DNA from: Microcystis aeruginosa NIES-843
Lineage (GTDB): Bacteria; Cyanobacteriota; Cyanobacteriia; Cyanobacteriales; Microcystaceae
Direction: 5' to 3'
Assembly: GCF_000010625.1 (NCBI RefSeq)
Contig: NC_010296.1
Coordinates: 2,520,001-2,552,000, forward strand
Length of the DNA: 32,000 nt
How positions within the stretch are numbered: the stretch's first letter is position 1; every line of letters starts with the position of its first letter. A program made the position numbers and the translations under genes. Shown here piece by piece: positions 17,778 to 25,642 of the stretch. Under the pieces are notes generated by a model. That model worked only from the letters and a program-made list of their open reading frames with translations. It made no database searches and was not told the origin of the DNA.

Positions 17778-17977
17778 TGTTTGGCAAAATACAGAATCAA
17801 TAATCAGCAACTATACTCAAGTATTTTGGTTGACTCTTTTGAGTAAATTCAACTACAGTTAACCATAAGTTTCTTAAAAGAAGTTGAAAAATTCTAATCT
17901 TTTTTGAAACCTCCTTTAGGTTAGAGAAAAGATTCTTGACTACAAACTCTAAAAAATTGACACAGGAGACTTAAACA

Positions 17978-18727
17978 ATGCTCTCAAAACATCTAGTAAC
18001 TCTATTAGGATTAACCTCTGTAATCGCTCTTAATCCTGTTCTTTCTGTTCATGCCGAACCTCAAGTTTATTTAGAAGTTGAGGGAAAAGAAAGCCTAGAA
18101 CTAAATACTAATACTTTAGCTATTTTAGAAAATATTGGATTAACACTGAGCGATGTTGAAAGTACCGCAACGCCTGCCCCCGGCTTTTCCATTGGTTCCG
18201 TTTTATTGCCTCCCAATTCTGACCCCAATGTTCGAGGAACGACTTATACTTTCCTCTATGATGATGACCCTGTTCTTTATGTTCCCTTGGGCGGAACAGA
18301 AGAGTTTTTAGGAACGTTTACCTTTGAGGTAGATACCACCAAGTTGAATGGACTAGGAACACAATTCACGATTGGCAATTTTTCCAATTCTTTTGACGAA
18401 GATTTTAATTTTTTTGTGACTGATACAGCCAATACAGGTTTGCAAGTCTTTGATGTTGCATCATCAGGTATTCCTAATATTGATCTTAATACTCTGACTT
18501 TCGTGCTTGAAGGAATTGAATTATTCTTTTCTCAAGAATTCAGTGACTTGTTAGTAAATGCAGGGGCTACTCAGTCAGTAGCGGGATTAAAATTCATTGA
18601 TGGTAGAGCCGATCGTTCTTTGATGTTAGTCTCTGCTTCAACTCCTGAACCCTCATCAATTTTAGCTCTAATTCTGTTAGCAGGAGGCGGTATTATTGGC
18701 GGAATTAGACAAAATCAAAAAAAATAA
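17978..18727 (+). CDS. Secreted PEP-CTERM sorting-domain protein
   Basis: Signal peptide MLSKHLVTLLGLTSVIALNPVLSVHAEP. The C-terminus is STPEPSSILALILLAGGGIIGGIRQNQKK, i.e. PEP motif + TM helix + basic tail. AGGAG lies upstream. Confidence 0.8.
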   Translation: MLSKHLVTLLGLTSVIALNPVLSVHAEPQVYLEVEGKESLELNTNTLAILENIGLTLSDVESTATPAPGFSIGSVLLPPNSDPNVRGTTYTFLYDDDPVLYVPLGGTEEFLGTFTFEVDTTKLNGLGTQFTIGNFSNSFDEDFNFFVTDTANTGLQVFDVASSGIPNIDLNTLTFVLEGIELFFSQEFSDLLVNAGATQSVAGLKFIDGRADRSLMLVSASTPEPSSILALILLAGGGIIGGIRQNQKK

Positions 18728-18878
18728 GTAGTTAATTTTATTGACTGAAAATCAGTTGAGGTAATTTTTGCTTAATCTAATCCTCAGTAACAAACAAAGA
18801 ATCTACAAATTGTGCCAAAGATTCTCCATTTTGCTGAGGAATTTACCATTTTAAACTAGATATAGATGATGTCTAGAT

Positions 18879-19233
18879 AGGGTTGGCTAAATAAATCTAA
18901 AAACCTTGTTGGATAATATTTTTAGGCTTTTTTGAAATCAAAAAGTGCCAGCCATTGGAGGGATCGGGGGGGAAATTTAGGCTCTTCTCGACTTTGTGTG
19001 ATAATTTTTGCTTATGGAATCGTGAAATGTTTACTGAGAAAGACTTTTGGGACTATTTTTCTGAAGAAACTATCATTATAGACCTCATTTCCACACAGAA
19101 ACCAGAAGAGCCAAATTTAGGCACTTTTTCCCTGAAAATTAGGTAATTGACCCCCTGAAAATCGGTAAAACCCTACACCCTATCCCCCACACCCCACACC
19201 CTACCCCCACCGAAAAACTTTTTCAGCAGACCC
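18879..19233 (-). mobile_element. MITE-like element, copy R (inverted relative to copy L), interrupted by a nested element
   Basis: The reverse complement of 1540-1744 aligns end to end at about 90% identity by eye. Exceptions are a longer C-rich heptamer tract (19170-19210) and a 133-140 bp insertion. Flanking hexamers are TAGATA (18873-18878) and TAAATA (19234-19239), a 5/6 match. Confidence 0.8.
18980..19112. mobile_element. Second, unrelated MITE nested inside copy R
   Basis: Absent from the equivalent site of copy L (...GGGAAATTTAGGGACTTTTT...). Terminal inverted repeats are GGCTCTTCTCGACTTTGTGTG and CACACAGAAACCAGAAGAGCC, about 17/21. Flanking duplication AAATTTA(GG) at 18973-18981 and 19113-19121. 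Confidence 0.65.
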
Positions 19234-19432
19234 TAAATACAAGGATCGGGAGACAAATCCCAATCCGTTCAGGATAATCGCTTTCACGACTTGCCCAGCT
19301 GTGACAATTTCTCCTGGAACCCATTGATACTTGTTCGTTAATAATTTCAACGATTCCTATTTCATCTATAATTCCAGCTACTAATCCTAGATGGTCTAGA
19401 TTTTTAACTTGAATTTCTGTTGATTGAGTCAT
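19234..19432 (-). pseudogene. IS1634/IS4-like transposase N-terminal fragment (DUF4277-type), frameshifted and truncated
   Basis: MTQSTEIQVKNLDHLGLVAGIIDEIGIVEIINEQ is the conserved N-terminus of this transposase family (recollection). After about 35 codons the homologous reading PGEIVTAGQVVKAIILNGLGFVSRSLYL continues in another frame. It ends abruptly at the MITE border (19233/19234). Confidence 0.65.
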
Positions 19433-19556
19433 GGTCGAACAGCCCACTCGCCTCAGTTTTCCAACAATATGACGGTAAAAAAACGGTGATCTAGCTTAAT
19501 TGAGGTCAAGTACTGAAAAAAATGCCGATCATCAACCTAAATTTTCAAAAACGGGT

Positions 19557-20450
19557 TTAAAATTGATTCATAATTTCCATATAAATATGTTCTAACTGTA
19601 TCGTCTGACGGGAGATAGAATCAATATTAATGCCGTCGAATGCCCGAATAATCTCGCTTAATTCTAGGTGTTCATCTAACCAAAAAGCTAAATCTTTGCC
19701 GTAAAATTTGGGAGTAAATCCTAATTGTTTACCTCGATTTATGGCCGCTTCTTGATCCTGGGTATCCATGATAATAATTTCTTTCGCAGGAATGTGCTGA
19801 CGCAGCTGATTTAAATTACCTTCGGCAATAATACGACCTTGTTTTAAAATGCCGATACGTTGACAGAGACGCTGTGCTTCATCGAGGAGATGGGTAGTTA
19901 ATAAAATTGTCATTCCCTGGCGCCGTAATTCTCCGATTAAATCCCAAATTTCATAACGAGATTCGATGTCTAAACCAGTAGTTGGTTCATCGAGAATTAA
20001 TAATTTTGGCTGATGAACAATAGCCACGGCAATATTCATCCGGCGCTGCATTCCACCGCTTAAAGTTTCCACCGGACTACGGGCGCGATCAAGCAAATTT
20101 ACTGCGGATAAACTGGCTTTAATCCGATGACGACGCTGGGGGCGATCGAGTCCATAAATCTGAGCAAAAAAGTTGAGATTTTCCTCACAAGTAAGGGATT
20201 TGTACAATAAATTTTCTTGCGGTGCAACCCCAATTAATTCTTTAGTAACTCTAGAAATTGGCAAATAATTAAAGGTAATTTCTCCCGATGATGGTTTCAA
20301 TAAATTACAAATTAAATTAATAGTGGTGGTTTTTCCCGCACCATTGGGACCGAGTAAACCGTAAATTTCCCCCGCTTCAATATGAAAGTTTAATTGATCT
20401 AATACTAAGCGTCTTCCGTAATTTTTTTTGACATTATTAATAGTCAGCAT
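19557..20450 (-). CDS. ABC transporter ATP-binding protein (ABC-2/DrrA-like)
   Basis: Walker A GPNGAGKTT, Q-loop APQE, signature LSGGMQRR, Walker B LLILDEPTTGLD, H-loop TTHLL. Confidence 0.9.
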   Translation of the reverse strand: MLTINNVKKNYGRRLVLDQLNFHIEAGEIYGLLGPNGAGKTTTINLICNLLKPSSGEITFNYLPISRVTKELIGVAPQENLLYKSLTCEENLNFFAQIYGLDRPQRRHRIKASLSAVNLLDRARSPVETLSGGMQRRMNIAVAIVHQPKLLILDEPTTGLDIESRYEIWDLIGELRRQGMTILLTTHLLDEAQRLCQRIGILKQGRIIAEGNLNQLRQHIPAKEIIIMDTQDQEAAINRGKQLGFTPKFYGKDLAFWLDEHLELSEIIRAFDGINIDSISRQTIQLEHIYMEIMNQF

Positions 20451-20472
20451 TTTTAATAAAGTAACAAGGATA

Positions 20473-20521
20473 GTCAGAAGTCAGGAGGCAGGAGTCAGGA
20501 GTCAGGAGTCAGGAGACAGGA
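20473..20521. repeat. Heptamer tandem array (GTCAGGA)x7
   Basis: GTCAGAA GTCAGGA GGCAGGA GTCAGGA GTCAGGA GTCAGGA GACAGGA, between the ABC permease and ATPase genes. Confidence 0.9.
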
Positions 20522-20575
20522 TTAGGGAGTGTAAGATATAGGAAGACAAATCAATAAATACTCTTGCCTTTTCTA

Positions 20576-20617
20576 ACTGATAACTGATCAGTGATCACCG
20601 ATCACTGATCACTGATT
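20576..20617. repeat. Heptamer tandem array (ACTGATC-type)x6
   Basis: ACTGATA ACTGATC AGTGATC ACCGATC ACTGATC ACTGATT. It contains the 10-bp palindrome ACTGATCAGT and abuts the permease stop codon. Confidence 0.9.
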
Positions 20618-21390
20618 TACAGTCGGCGTTCAAGGTTTAACATTTGTCGATAGGTAAGCCAACCACCTGCTACCATAGCTAGAGCAAAAAGACAGAGAAA
20701 GCGAAAATGAGAGTTAATATCTTGTAGATTTTCGCCCTTTGCCCAAACAGCAATTAAAGCTTCATTCATGTGGTAGATCGGGTTATATTTAGCCAGAGAT
20801 AGAATATTGTCGGGGAATAAAGCAGTCGGGAGAAAAACGCCGCCTAAAATTAATAAAGGAACCCCAAAAGTTCCCACCAAAGCATTAACATCTTCTGTTC
20901 TTTTCGCCAGTTGAGTACCAAGGATAAATCCTAAACCCACATAGGCGGTGATACTAAGGAAAATAATTAATAATTCTAGAGGAATTGAGCCTTTAAAAGT
21001 GGCTCCATACTGTTTAGCAATAGAATAAACTAAAACTGTCTGACAGGCGGCAATCACACAATGGGCGAGAAAAATGCCGATGAAATAGGAAACACCGCTT
21101 AAAGGCGATAAAAATAACCGTTTAATCGTTTGTTGTTCCCTTTCTGCTACCACCGTCGCCACGGTTCCCCCCAAACAACTAAAGAAAAGTGCCGCCCCGA
21201 CGAGGGTGGGAGGAGTAGCCAGAGCCATTGCCTCAGCAAGCTCAATTTTGCCTTTTTCTGCCATAATATAGCCATTTAAGAGCAGGACAAGGATCGGGAA
21301 AATGCCCCAGAGGATTAAGCTACGCCCGCGCCGGATTAATTCTACTAAAATTCGTTGAGCGATCGCTAAAATTTCCTGCCAATATTTCAT
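20617..21390 (-). CDS. ABC-2 type transporter permease
   Basis: 257 aa with about 6 hydrophobic helices, directly upstream of the ATPase gene and in the same orientation. Confidence 0.8.
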   Translation of the reverse strand: MKYWQEILAIAQRILVELIRRGRSLILWGIFPILVLLLNGYIMAEKGKIELAEAMALATPPTLVGAALFFSCLGGTVATVVAEREQQTIKRLFLSPLSGVSYFIGIFLAHCVIAACQTVLVYSIAKQYGATFKGSIPLELLIIFLSITAYVGLGFILGTQLAKRTEDVNALVGTFGVPLLILGGVFLPTALFPDNILSLAKYNPIYHMNEALIAVWAKGENLQDINSHFRFLCLFALAMVAGGWLTYRQMLNLERRL

Positions 21391-21453
21391 AGAATGTTAG
21401 TGTAATTGTTTCTCACTGTAGAGAAATAAGTTTTTCTACTTTTTCACTTAGGC

Positions 21454-22077
21454 TTATTGTAAGTGTTCCAGAGCTTGATCGGCACGCAATCTTACCACTA
21501 TTTCCGCTTCTGTCTCCCCAATCTGTCCTAAAAGTTCCCGAGTCGCCCCGCGAAATGCCGCCGCCGCAGTTCCTAATCCCTCTAATCCGACGATCGCCGC
21601 ATATCTAACCACCCACTCTGGATCCCCTTGCGAAAGTTTCTCCAGTGCCGCAAAAACTGCCTTTTGAGCCTCAGAAACCCGACTTTCCTCCAAATCAGAC
21701 CAAATTATATTTCCTAAGCCTCTAGCCGCCCCTCGCCGCACGCTAAAGGAAAAATCACTCACCGCCGCCTCAAGTAATAAGTCCAATCCTCGCACATCGC
21801 CAATTCCCGCTAGGGCGCGGGTTGCCCAAGCTCTTGCCCCATAATTATAACCGTCTAGATTGGCCAGTAAATAGGGAACCGCCGCTTTGCCAATGGCGAT
21901 TAAACCATCCACGGCTGCCACGGAGGCACCGGGGTTATTATATCTCAGCACATCGGTGAGGGTGGGTATTGCCGCTTCACTTTTGGCGGCGGCTAAGTTT
22001 TCCACGGCGGTTAGTAACTCATTGGCTGAGTCGGCTTTTTCTACGGCAATAATTAAAGTCTCAACGGTAGGAAGCAT
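21454..22077 (-). CDS. cpcF: Phycocyanobilin lyase subunit CpcF-like HEAT-repeat protein
   Basis: LIIAVEKADSANELLTAVENLA, AIPTLTDVLRYNNPGASVAAVDGLI, ARAWATRALAGIGD and EWVVRYAAIVGLEGL match my recollection of CpcF. 207 aa. Confidence 0.7.
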   Translation of the reverse strand: MLPTVETLIIAVEKADSANELLTAVENLAAAKSEAAIPTLTDVLRYNNPGASVAAVDGLIAIGKAAVPYLLANLDGYNYGARAWATRALAGIGDVRGLDLLLEAAVSDFSFSVRRGAARGLGNIIWSDLEESRVSEAQKAVFAALEKLSQGDPEWVVRYAAIVGLEGLGTAAAAFRGATRELLGQIGETEAEIVVRLRADQALEHLQ

Positions 22078-22092
22078 TGGTTATCAGTAGAA

Positions 22093-22142
22093 GGGATGAG
22101 GGGTTAGGGGTTGGGGAGTGGGAATTATGAATTATGAATTAT
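22093..22142. repeat. G-tract block followed by (GAATTAT)x3
   Basis: GGGATGAGGGGTTAGGGGTTGGGGAGTGGG, then GAATTAT x3, immediately upstream of the cpcF start. Confidence 0.85.
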
Positions 22143-22225
22143 GAAGTGGGAAGAATAAATAAAAATAATCTCCTGACGACTGATTCTTATCTCCTAACCC
22201 CACCAACAAACTTTTAAAGATAATT

Positions 22226-22657
22226 TTATCGCCAAACTTTTTTCTGTAAAATCTGACTAATTTCTTGGGGAAAAGGACAATCATCGGGAAAGTTAAAGGA
22301 TTGATAATCGGGGTTATCTCGCAAGCTTTTTAAAGCCGTGGCATAGCAATCTAAAAATACTTGCTCCCAGTAGGGTTTTAAACTAGGAGAATCCCTCAAA
22401 AGTTCTTCTAGTTCCCGTTGACTGCGCCTAATAGTTTCTTGCCAACCTCGATAATCCTCAACGTAATCAGTATAGCAAAGTTTGAGGCAGTGTTCTAAGA
22501 TGGTGGTTAACCGGTTGCGGAGTTCACGTTTTTGACTTCTGCCCAAACTTTCTATCTCCTCGATCAAGTTTTCCCAGTCAACTTTATCAAAGTTTTTTTG
22601 TCTTAACAGAGTGATTGTCTCGTTCAGCCAGCCGACATAATCAGTTTGAATTAGCAT
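22226..22657 (-). CDS. DUF29 family protein
   Basis: DWENLIEEIESLGRSQKRELRNRLTTILEHCLK and RDSPSLKPYWEQVF are hallmark DUF29 strings (recollection). 143 aa. Confidence 0.7.
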   Translation of the reverse strand: MLIQTDYVGWLNETITLLRQKNFDKVDWENLIEEIESLGRSQKRELRNRLTTILEHCLKLCYTDYVEDYRGWQETIRRSQRELEELLRDSPSLKPYWEQVFLDCYATALKSLRDNPDYQSFNFPDDCPFPQEISQILQKKVWR

Positions 22658-22712
22658 AAAAACCTCTGGATTGCATCGGTTTTAATTTAGATACAAAATA
22701 ACCAATGATTAA

Positions 22713-23531
22713 TTACAATAAACTATCCATTAAAGTGAGAATTTCCGAGATATTTTCGCCCCTAGAATTAGTTTTTAGATGGTTTTCTAAAAGTTCCTTG
22801 AGAGCAACCAGTTTCAGACTATTTTCCGCCAAAGTATTAGCGATCGCAGGGGCAGCCGGCAGATAACCCGTAGCGCCTAAATCCATTAAAGCAGAACGAC
22901 GCAGCTGTAATTCTTCCCCTTGCAAGGCATTAATCAGAATATCGCCATAGTGGGGGTTAGCCGTGAGTTGGTAGAGGGCGCGGGCAGCCGCATAACGCAC
23001 TTTTTCGACGAAATGCTTTAAAAATGGTTCGATCAGGGGAATCGCTTCCGTCGCTTGCAGGGTTCCCAAGGCTTCGATAATCGCTTCGTAGGGTTGGACT
23101 AAATGGGGTTTTCCCGCCACTAAAACGGCCACTTCGATGCCACCCTCTAATAGTTTCTTTAAAGGTGCGATCGCGCTTCGATCCTGAAGCATTTCCAATG
23201 CCTGGGCAGCCGATTCGCGCACATAATAATCTTCGCAGTCGAGACAGGCAATCAAGGCGGGAAGACAACTGAGATCATCTAATTTCCCTAAAGCGCTGGC
23301 AGCGTTGCGTCGCAGGGGATAACCGCCATCGGGAGTGCGATCGCTTTCGTCCTCTAAAGCGGCAATTAACGCCGAAATCGCCTCCGGTTGACGAACACGA
23401 AATCTACCCAACCACCAAGCGGCATAATAACGCGCGCCTAGGTCTTCTCTTTGCTGGATATTAGCGATCGCTTGTTCAACGGTATAGGCCGGATTATCGA
23501 CGGCAGCAGAGTAAGAATCGCTCATAGACAA
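22713..23531 (-). CDS. cpcE: Phycocyanobilin lyase subunit CpcE-like HEAT-repeat protein
   Basis: NPAYTVEQAIANIQQREDLGARYYAAWWLGRFR, LEDESDRTPDGGYPLRRNAASALGKL and CEDYYVRESAAQALE closely match my recollection of Synechocystis CpcE. 272 aa. Confidence 0.8.
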   Translation of the reverse strand: MSMSDSYSAAVDNPAYTVEQAIANIQQREDLGARYYAAWWLGRFRVRQPEAISALIAALEDESDRTPDGGYPLRRNAASALGKLDDLSCLPALIACLDCEDYYVRESAAQALEMLQDRSAIAPLKKLLEGGIEVAVLVAGKPHLVQPYEAIIEALGTLQATEAIPLIEPFLKHFVEKVRYAAARALYQLTANPHYGDILINALQGEELQLRRSALMDLGATGYLPAAPAIANTLAENSLKLVALKELLENHLKTNSRGENISEILTLMDSLL

Positions 23532-23539
23532 GTGAAAAT

Positions 23540-23620
23540 GGGTGTGGGGTGTGGGGTGTGGGGTGTGGGGTGTAGGGTGTGGGGTGTAGGGTGTGGGGTG
23601 TGGGGTGTGGGGGGATGGGG
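23540..23620. repeat. Heptamer tandem array (GGGTGTG)x10 plus a G-rich tail
   Basis: Ten consecutive units were counted at 23540-23609 (two are GGGTGTA), followed by GGGGGATGGGG. It is the same unit family as the G-rich tract inside the MITE at 1564-1594. Confidence 0.95.
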
Positions 23621-23633
23621 AGAATAAATAAAA

Positions 23634-23689
<56 letters not shown>

Positions 23690-23710
23690 CGGAGAATACT
23701 GACGACCGAC

Positions 23711-25486
23711 TCAGTTTTTCATAGTCGCCGCACCCTTGCCAATACCAGAATAAATCAAACCCCGTTGAGCATCGAGACTAATGATCACCCCTTCGCGGAT
23801 AATTTTCGTGGCATCTTTAACCCCGACAATCACAGGAATACCCAATTTTAAACCGATAGTAGCGGCGTGATTATTCATCGCGGTATCCTCGGTGATAATT
23901 CCGCCAGCTTTCCGCATCATATCCACATATTCGGCGCTGGTGGTGGGAACGACTAAAATCTCCCCGCTGCTAAAACTACCCACTTCGCGGGCATTATGGG
24001 CCACTCGCGCCCGGCCACTAGCCACGCCCTGGCCGATACCCGTACCTTTGCCCAAAAGGGATTTTACCACTTCCACCTTAATTAAATCCGTGGAACCGGC
24101 CACCCCTTGCAGAGTTCCCGCCGTCATCACCACTAAATCACCATCCGCGAGGAGGTTATTTTCCTGGGCAAGATTCATCGCCACTTGAAAAGTTTGGCTG
24201 GTGGAGGGTAAATCGAGTAATAACATCGGTTTTACGCCCCAAACTAGCTGTAACTGCTGTGCCACTTCTCGATGGGGAGTAACGGCTAAAATCGGGGTTT
24301 TGGGGCGAAATCGGGAGACATTACGGGCAGTAGAGCCGGTTTTTGTCAGGGTAATAATTGCCGCTGCCCCCAATTGTTCGGCAATTTGACTAACTGCCGA
24401 GGAAATAGCGTTAGGAATCGATTGTTTATTGTTAGAGCGAGCGGCACTATTGATCTGTTCCCGTTCGATCCTTTCGGCAATGCGGGCCATGGTTGCCACC
24501 GCTTCGATGGGATAATGACCCACAGCCGTTTCATTGGAAAGCATGACCGCATCAGTGCCATCTAAAATCGCATTAGCTACGTCAGAAACCTCGGCGCGGG
24601 TGGGACGAGGATTACTGGCCATACTGTCAAGCATTTGAGTGGCGGTAATAATCGGGATGCCTAGCTGATTAGCGGTATTAATCAGGCGTTTTTGCAGGAT
24701 TGGCACGTCTTCGGCTGGTAATTCTACTCCTAAATCTCCCCTAGCCACCATCACACCATCACAGAGGGATAAAATTGCCTCCATTTCCTCGATCGCTTCG
24801 TGTTTTTCAATTTTAGCGATCACGGGGATAGATTTCCCCGCACTGGCGATTAATTCTTTAATTTCGAGGATATCTTGGGGATTACGCACAAAACTGAGGG
24901 CGATCCAATCCACATCCCACAACAGTCCGAACATTAAATCTTTTTTGTCCTTATCGGTTAAAGCTTTTACCGACAGATAAACGTTGGGAAAATTTACCCC
25001 TTTATTACTGGATAAGACACCCCCAACCACTACGCGACAGGAAAGATCACCTTTCAAACGATCCACCGCTTCCACCCGCATTTCGACTTTACCATCATCG
25101 AGGAGAATTCTTGAACCTTCTGGGACTTCTTGGGCCAGAGAGGGATAGCTAATGGAACTTATGTCCTGATTACATTCCACATCCCTAGAAGTAAGGGTAA
25201 AGGGTTCCCCCGGTTTCAGGGTAATCGACCCACAGGCAAATTTACCTAAACGAATTTTTGGCCCCTGTAGATCCTGAAGGATGCCAATCGGTTGATTGAG
25301 TTCAAAGGCTAACTGACGGATCAGGTTAATGCTGTGACGATGGTAATCGTGATCGCCATGGGAAAAGTTTAATCTAAATGTCGTCGCCCCCGCCTTGATC
25401 ATCTGACGTAATGTTTCCTTATTTTGCGAGGCTGGGCCAATCGTGGCCACAATTTTAGTGCGACGGGGGAAAGACAGAGAGTGCAT
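23711..25486 (-). CDS. pyk: Pyruvate kinase with C-terminal PEP-utilising-enzyme mobile domain
   Basis: RRTKIVATIGPAS, FRLNFSHG, MVARGDLGVE and TATQMLDSM form the PK core. The C-terminal ~90 aa (GVASGRARV...GGIITEDTAMNNHAATIGLKLGIPVIVG) is a PEP-utiliser swivel domain. The ATG at 25486 (MHSLSFPRRTK) is preferred over the upstream Met at 25543. Confidence 0.9.
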   Translation of the reverse strand: MHSLSFPRRTKIVATIGPASQNKETLRQMIKAGATTFRLNFSHGDHDYHRHSINLIRQLAFELNQPIGILQDLQGPKIRLGKFACGSITLKPGEPFTLTSRDVECNQDISSISYPSLAQEVPEGSRILLDDGKVEMRVEAVDRLKGDLSCRVVVGGVLSSNKGVNFPNVYLSVKALTDKDKKDLMFGLLWDVDWIALSFVRNPQDILEIKELIASAGKSIPVIAKIEKHEAIEEMEAILSLCDGVMVARGDLGVELPAEDVPILQKRLINTANQLGIPIITATQMLDSMASNPRPTRAEVSDVANAILDGTDAVMLSNETAVGHYPIEAVATMARIAERIEREQINSAARSNNKQSIPNAISSAVSQIAEQLGAAAIITLTKTGSTARNVSRFRPKTPILAVTPHREVAQQLQLVWGVKPMLLLDLPSTSQTFQVAMNLAQENNLLADGDLVVMTAGTLQGVAGSTDLIKVEVVKSLLGKGTGIGQGVASGRARVAHNAREVGSFSSGEILVVPTTSAEYVDMMRKAGGIITEDTAMNNHAATIGLKLGIPVIVGVKDATKIIREGVIISLDAQRGLIYSGIGKGAATMKN

Positions 25487-25582
25487 AGATAAGCAACTAA
25501 ATAGGCGAAGTAAGTATAGCGGCGTTTGGTACGCTCCGATCATCTTCTCATAAATGGTTATATCCAGTGAAAAGTTAAAAGT

Positions 25583-25617
25583 AAAAAAACGGTGAGATCT
25601 ACAAATCCCACCGTTTT
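25583..25617 (-). terminator. Rho-independent terminator downstream of the porin gene (potentially bidirectional)
   Basis: ACGGTGAGAT (25589-25598) pairs with ATCCCACCGT (25605-25614), 9/10, with a 6-nt loop. On the minus strand the stem is followed by T7 (A-run 25583-25589 on plus). It lies 26 nt after the porin stop. Confidence 0.65.
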
Positions 25618-25642
25618 AGATTGTTTAATCAATCAACTTAGC

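Noticed and set aside
18782-18839. Long imperfect hairpin (CCTCAGTAA...AGAATCT...AGATTCT...TTGCTGAGG) downstream of the PEP-CTERM gene as a terminator.
   Set aside because: It has a large internal loop, mismatches and no following T-run. That is not enough to call an intrinsic terminator.
18955-19146. 63-aa ORF (MEGSGGKFRLFSTL...).
   Set aside because: It lies entirely within MITE copy R and its nested MITE, and starts at a non-ATG codon. It is a repeat-derived ORF, not a gene.
1540-19233. Composite transposon: the whole lipid-synthase block mobilised as one unit by the two inverted MITE copies.
   Set aside because: Each copy has its own flanking hexamer pair (TAGTTA/TAGTTA; TAGATA/TAAATA) rather than one shared duplication at the outer ends. 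No intact transposase is present. Independent insertions are the simpler reading. The bracketing is still reported as a finding.
19223-19447. 74-aa ORF treated as an intact small gene.
   Set aside because: Only the first ~35 residues after the internal Met (19432) match a transposase N-terminus. The homologous reading then continues in another frame and is cut by the MITE. It is annotated as a pseudogene.
21887-23268. ORFs 21887-22090(+) and 22957-23268(-), overlapping cpcF and cpcE.
   Set aside because: These are alternative-frame or antisense shadows of HEAT-repeat genes, giving Ala/Arg/Ser-rich junk translations.
23711-24000. Pyruvate kinase fused to a PEP-utiliser swivel domain as a novelty.
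   Set aside because: To my knowledge this extended architecture is a known variant in cyanobacterial and some Firmicute pyruvate kinases, so it is not unusual.
23892-25543. Antisense/alternate-frame ORFs within pyk (23892-24188, 24201-24389, 24346-24561, 24374-24565) and the 19-codon N-terminal extension MIGAYQTPLYLLRLFSCLS.
   Set aside because: The pyruvate-kinase frame is unambiguous. The conserved N-terminus starts at MHSLSFPRRTKIVATIGPAS (ATG 25486), so the extension is not part of the protein.
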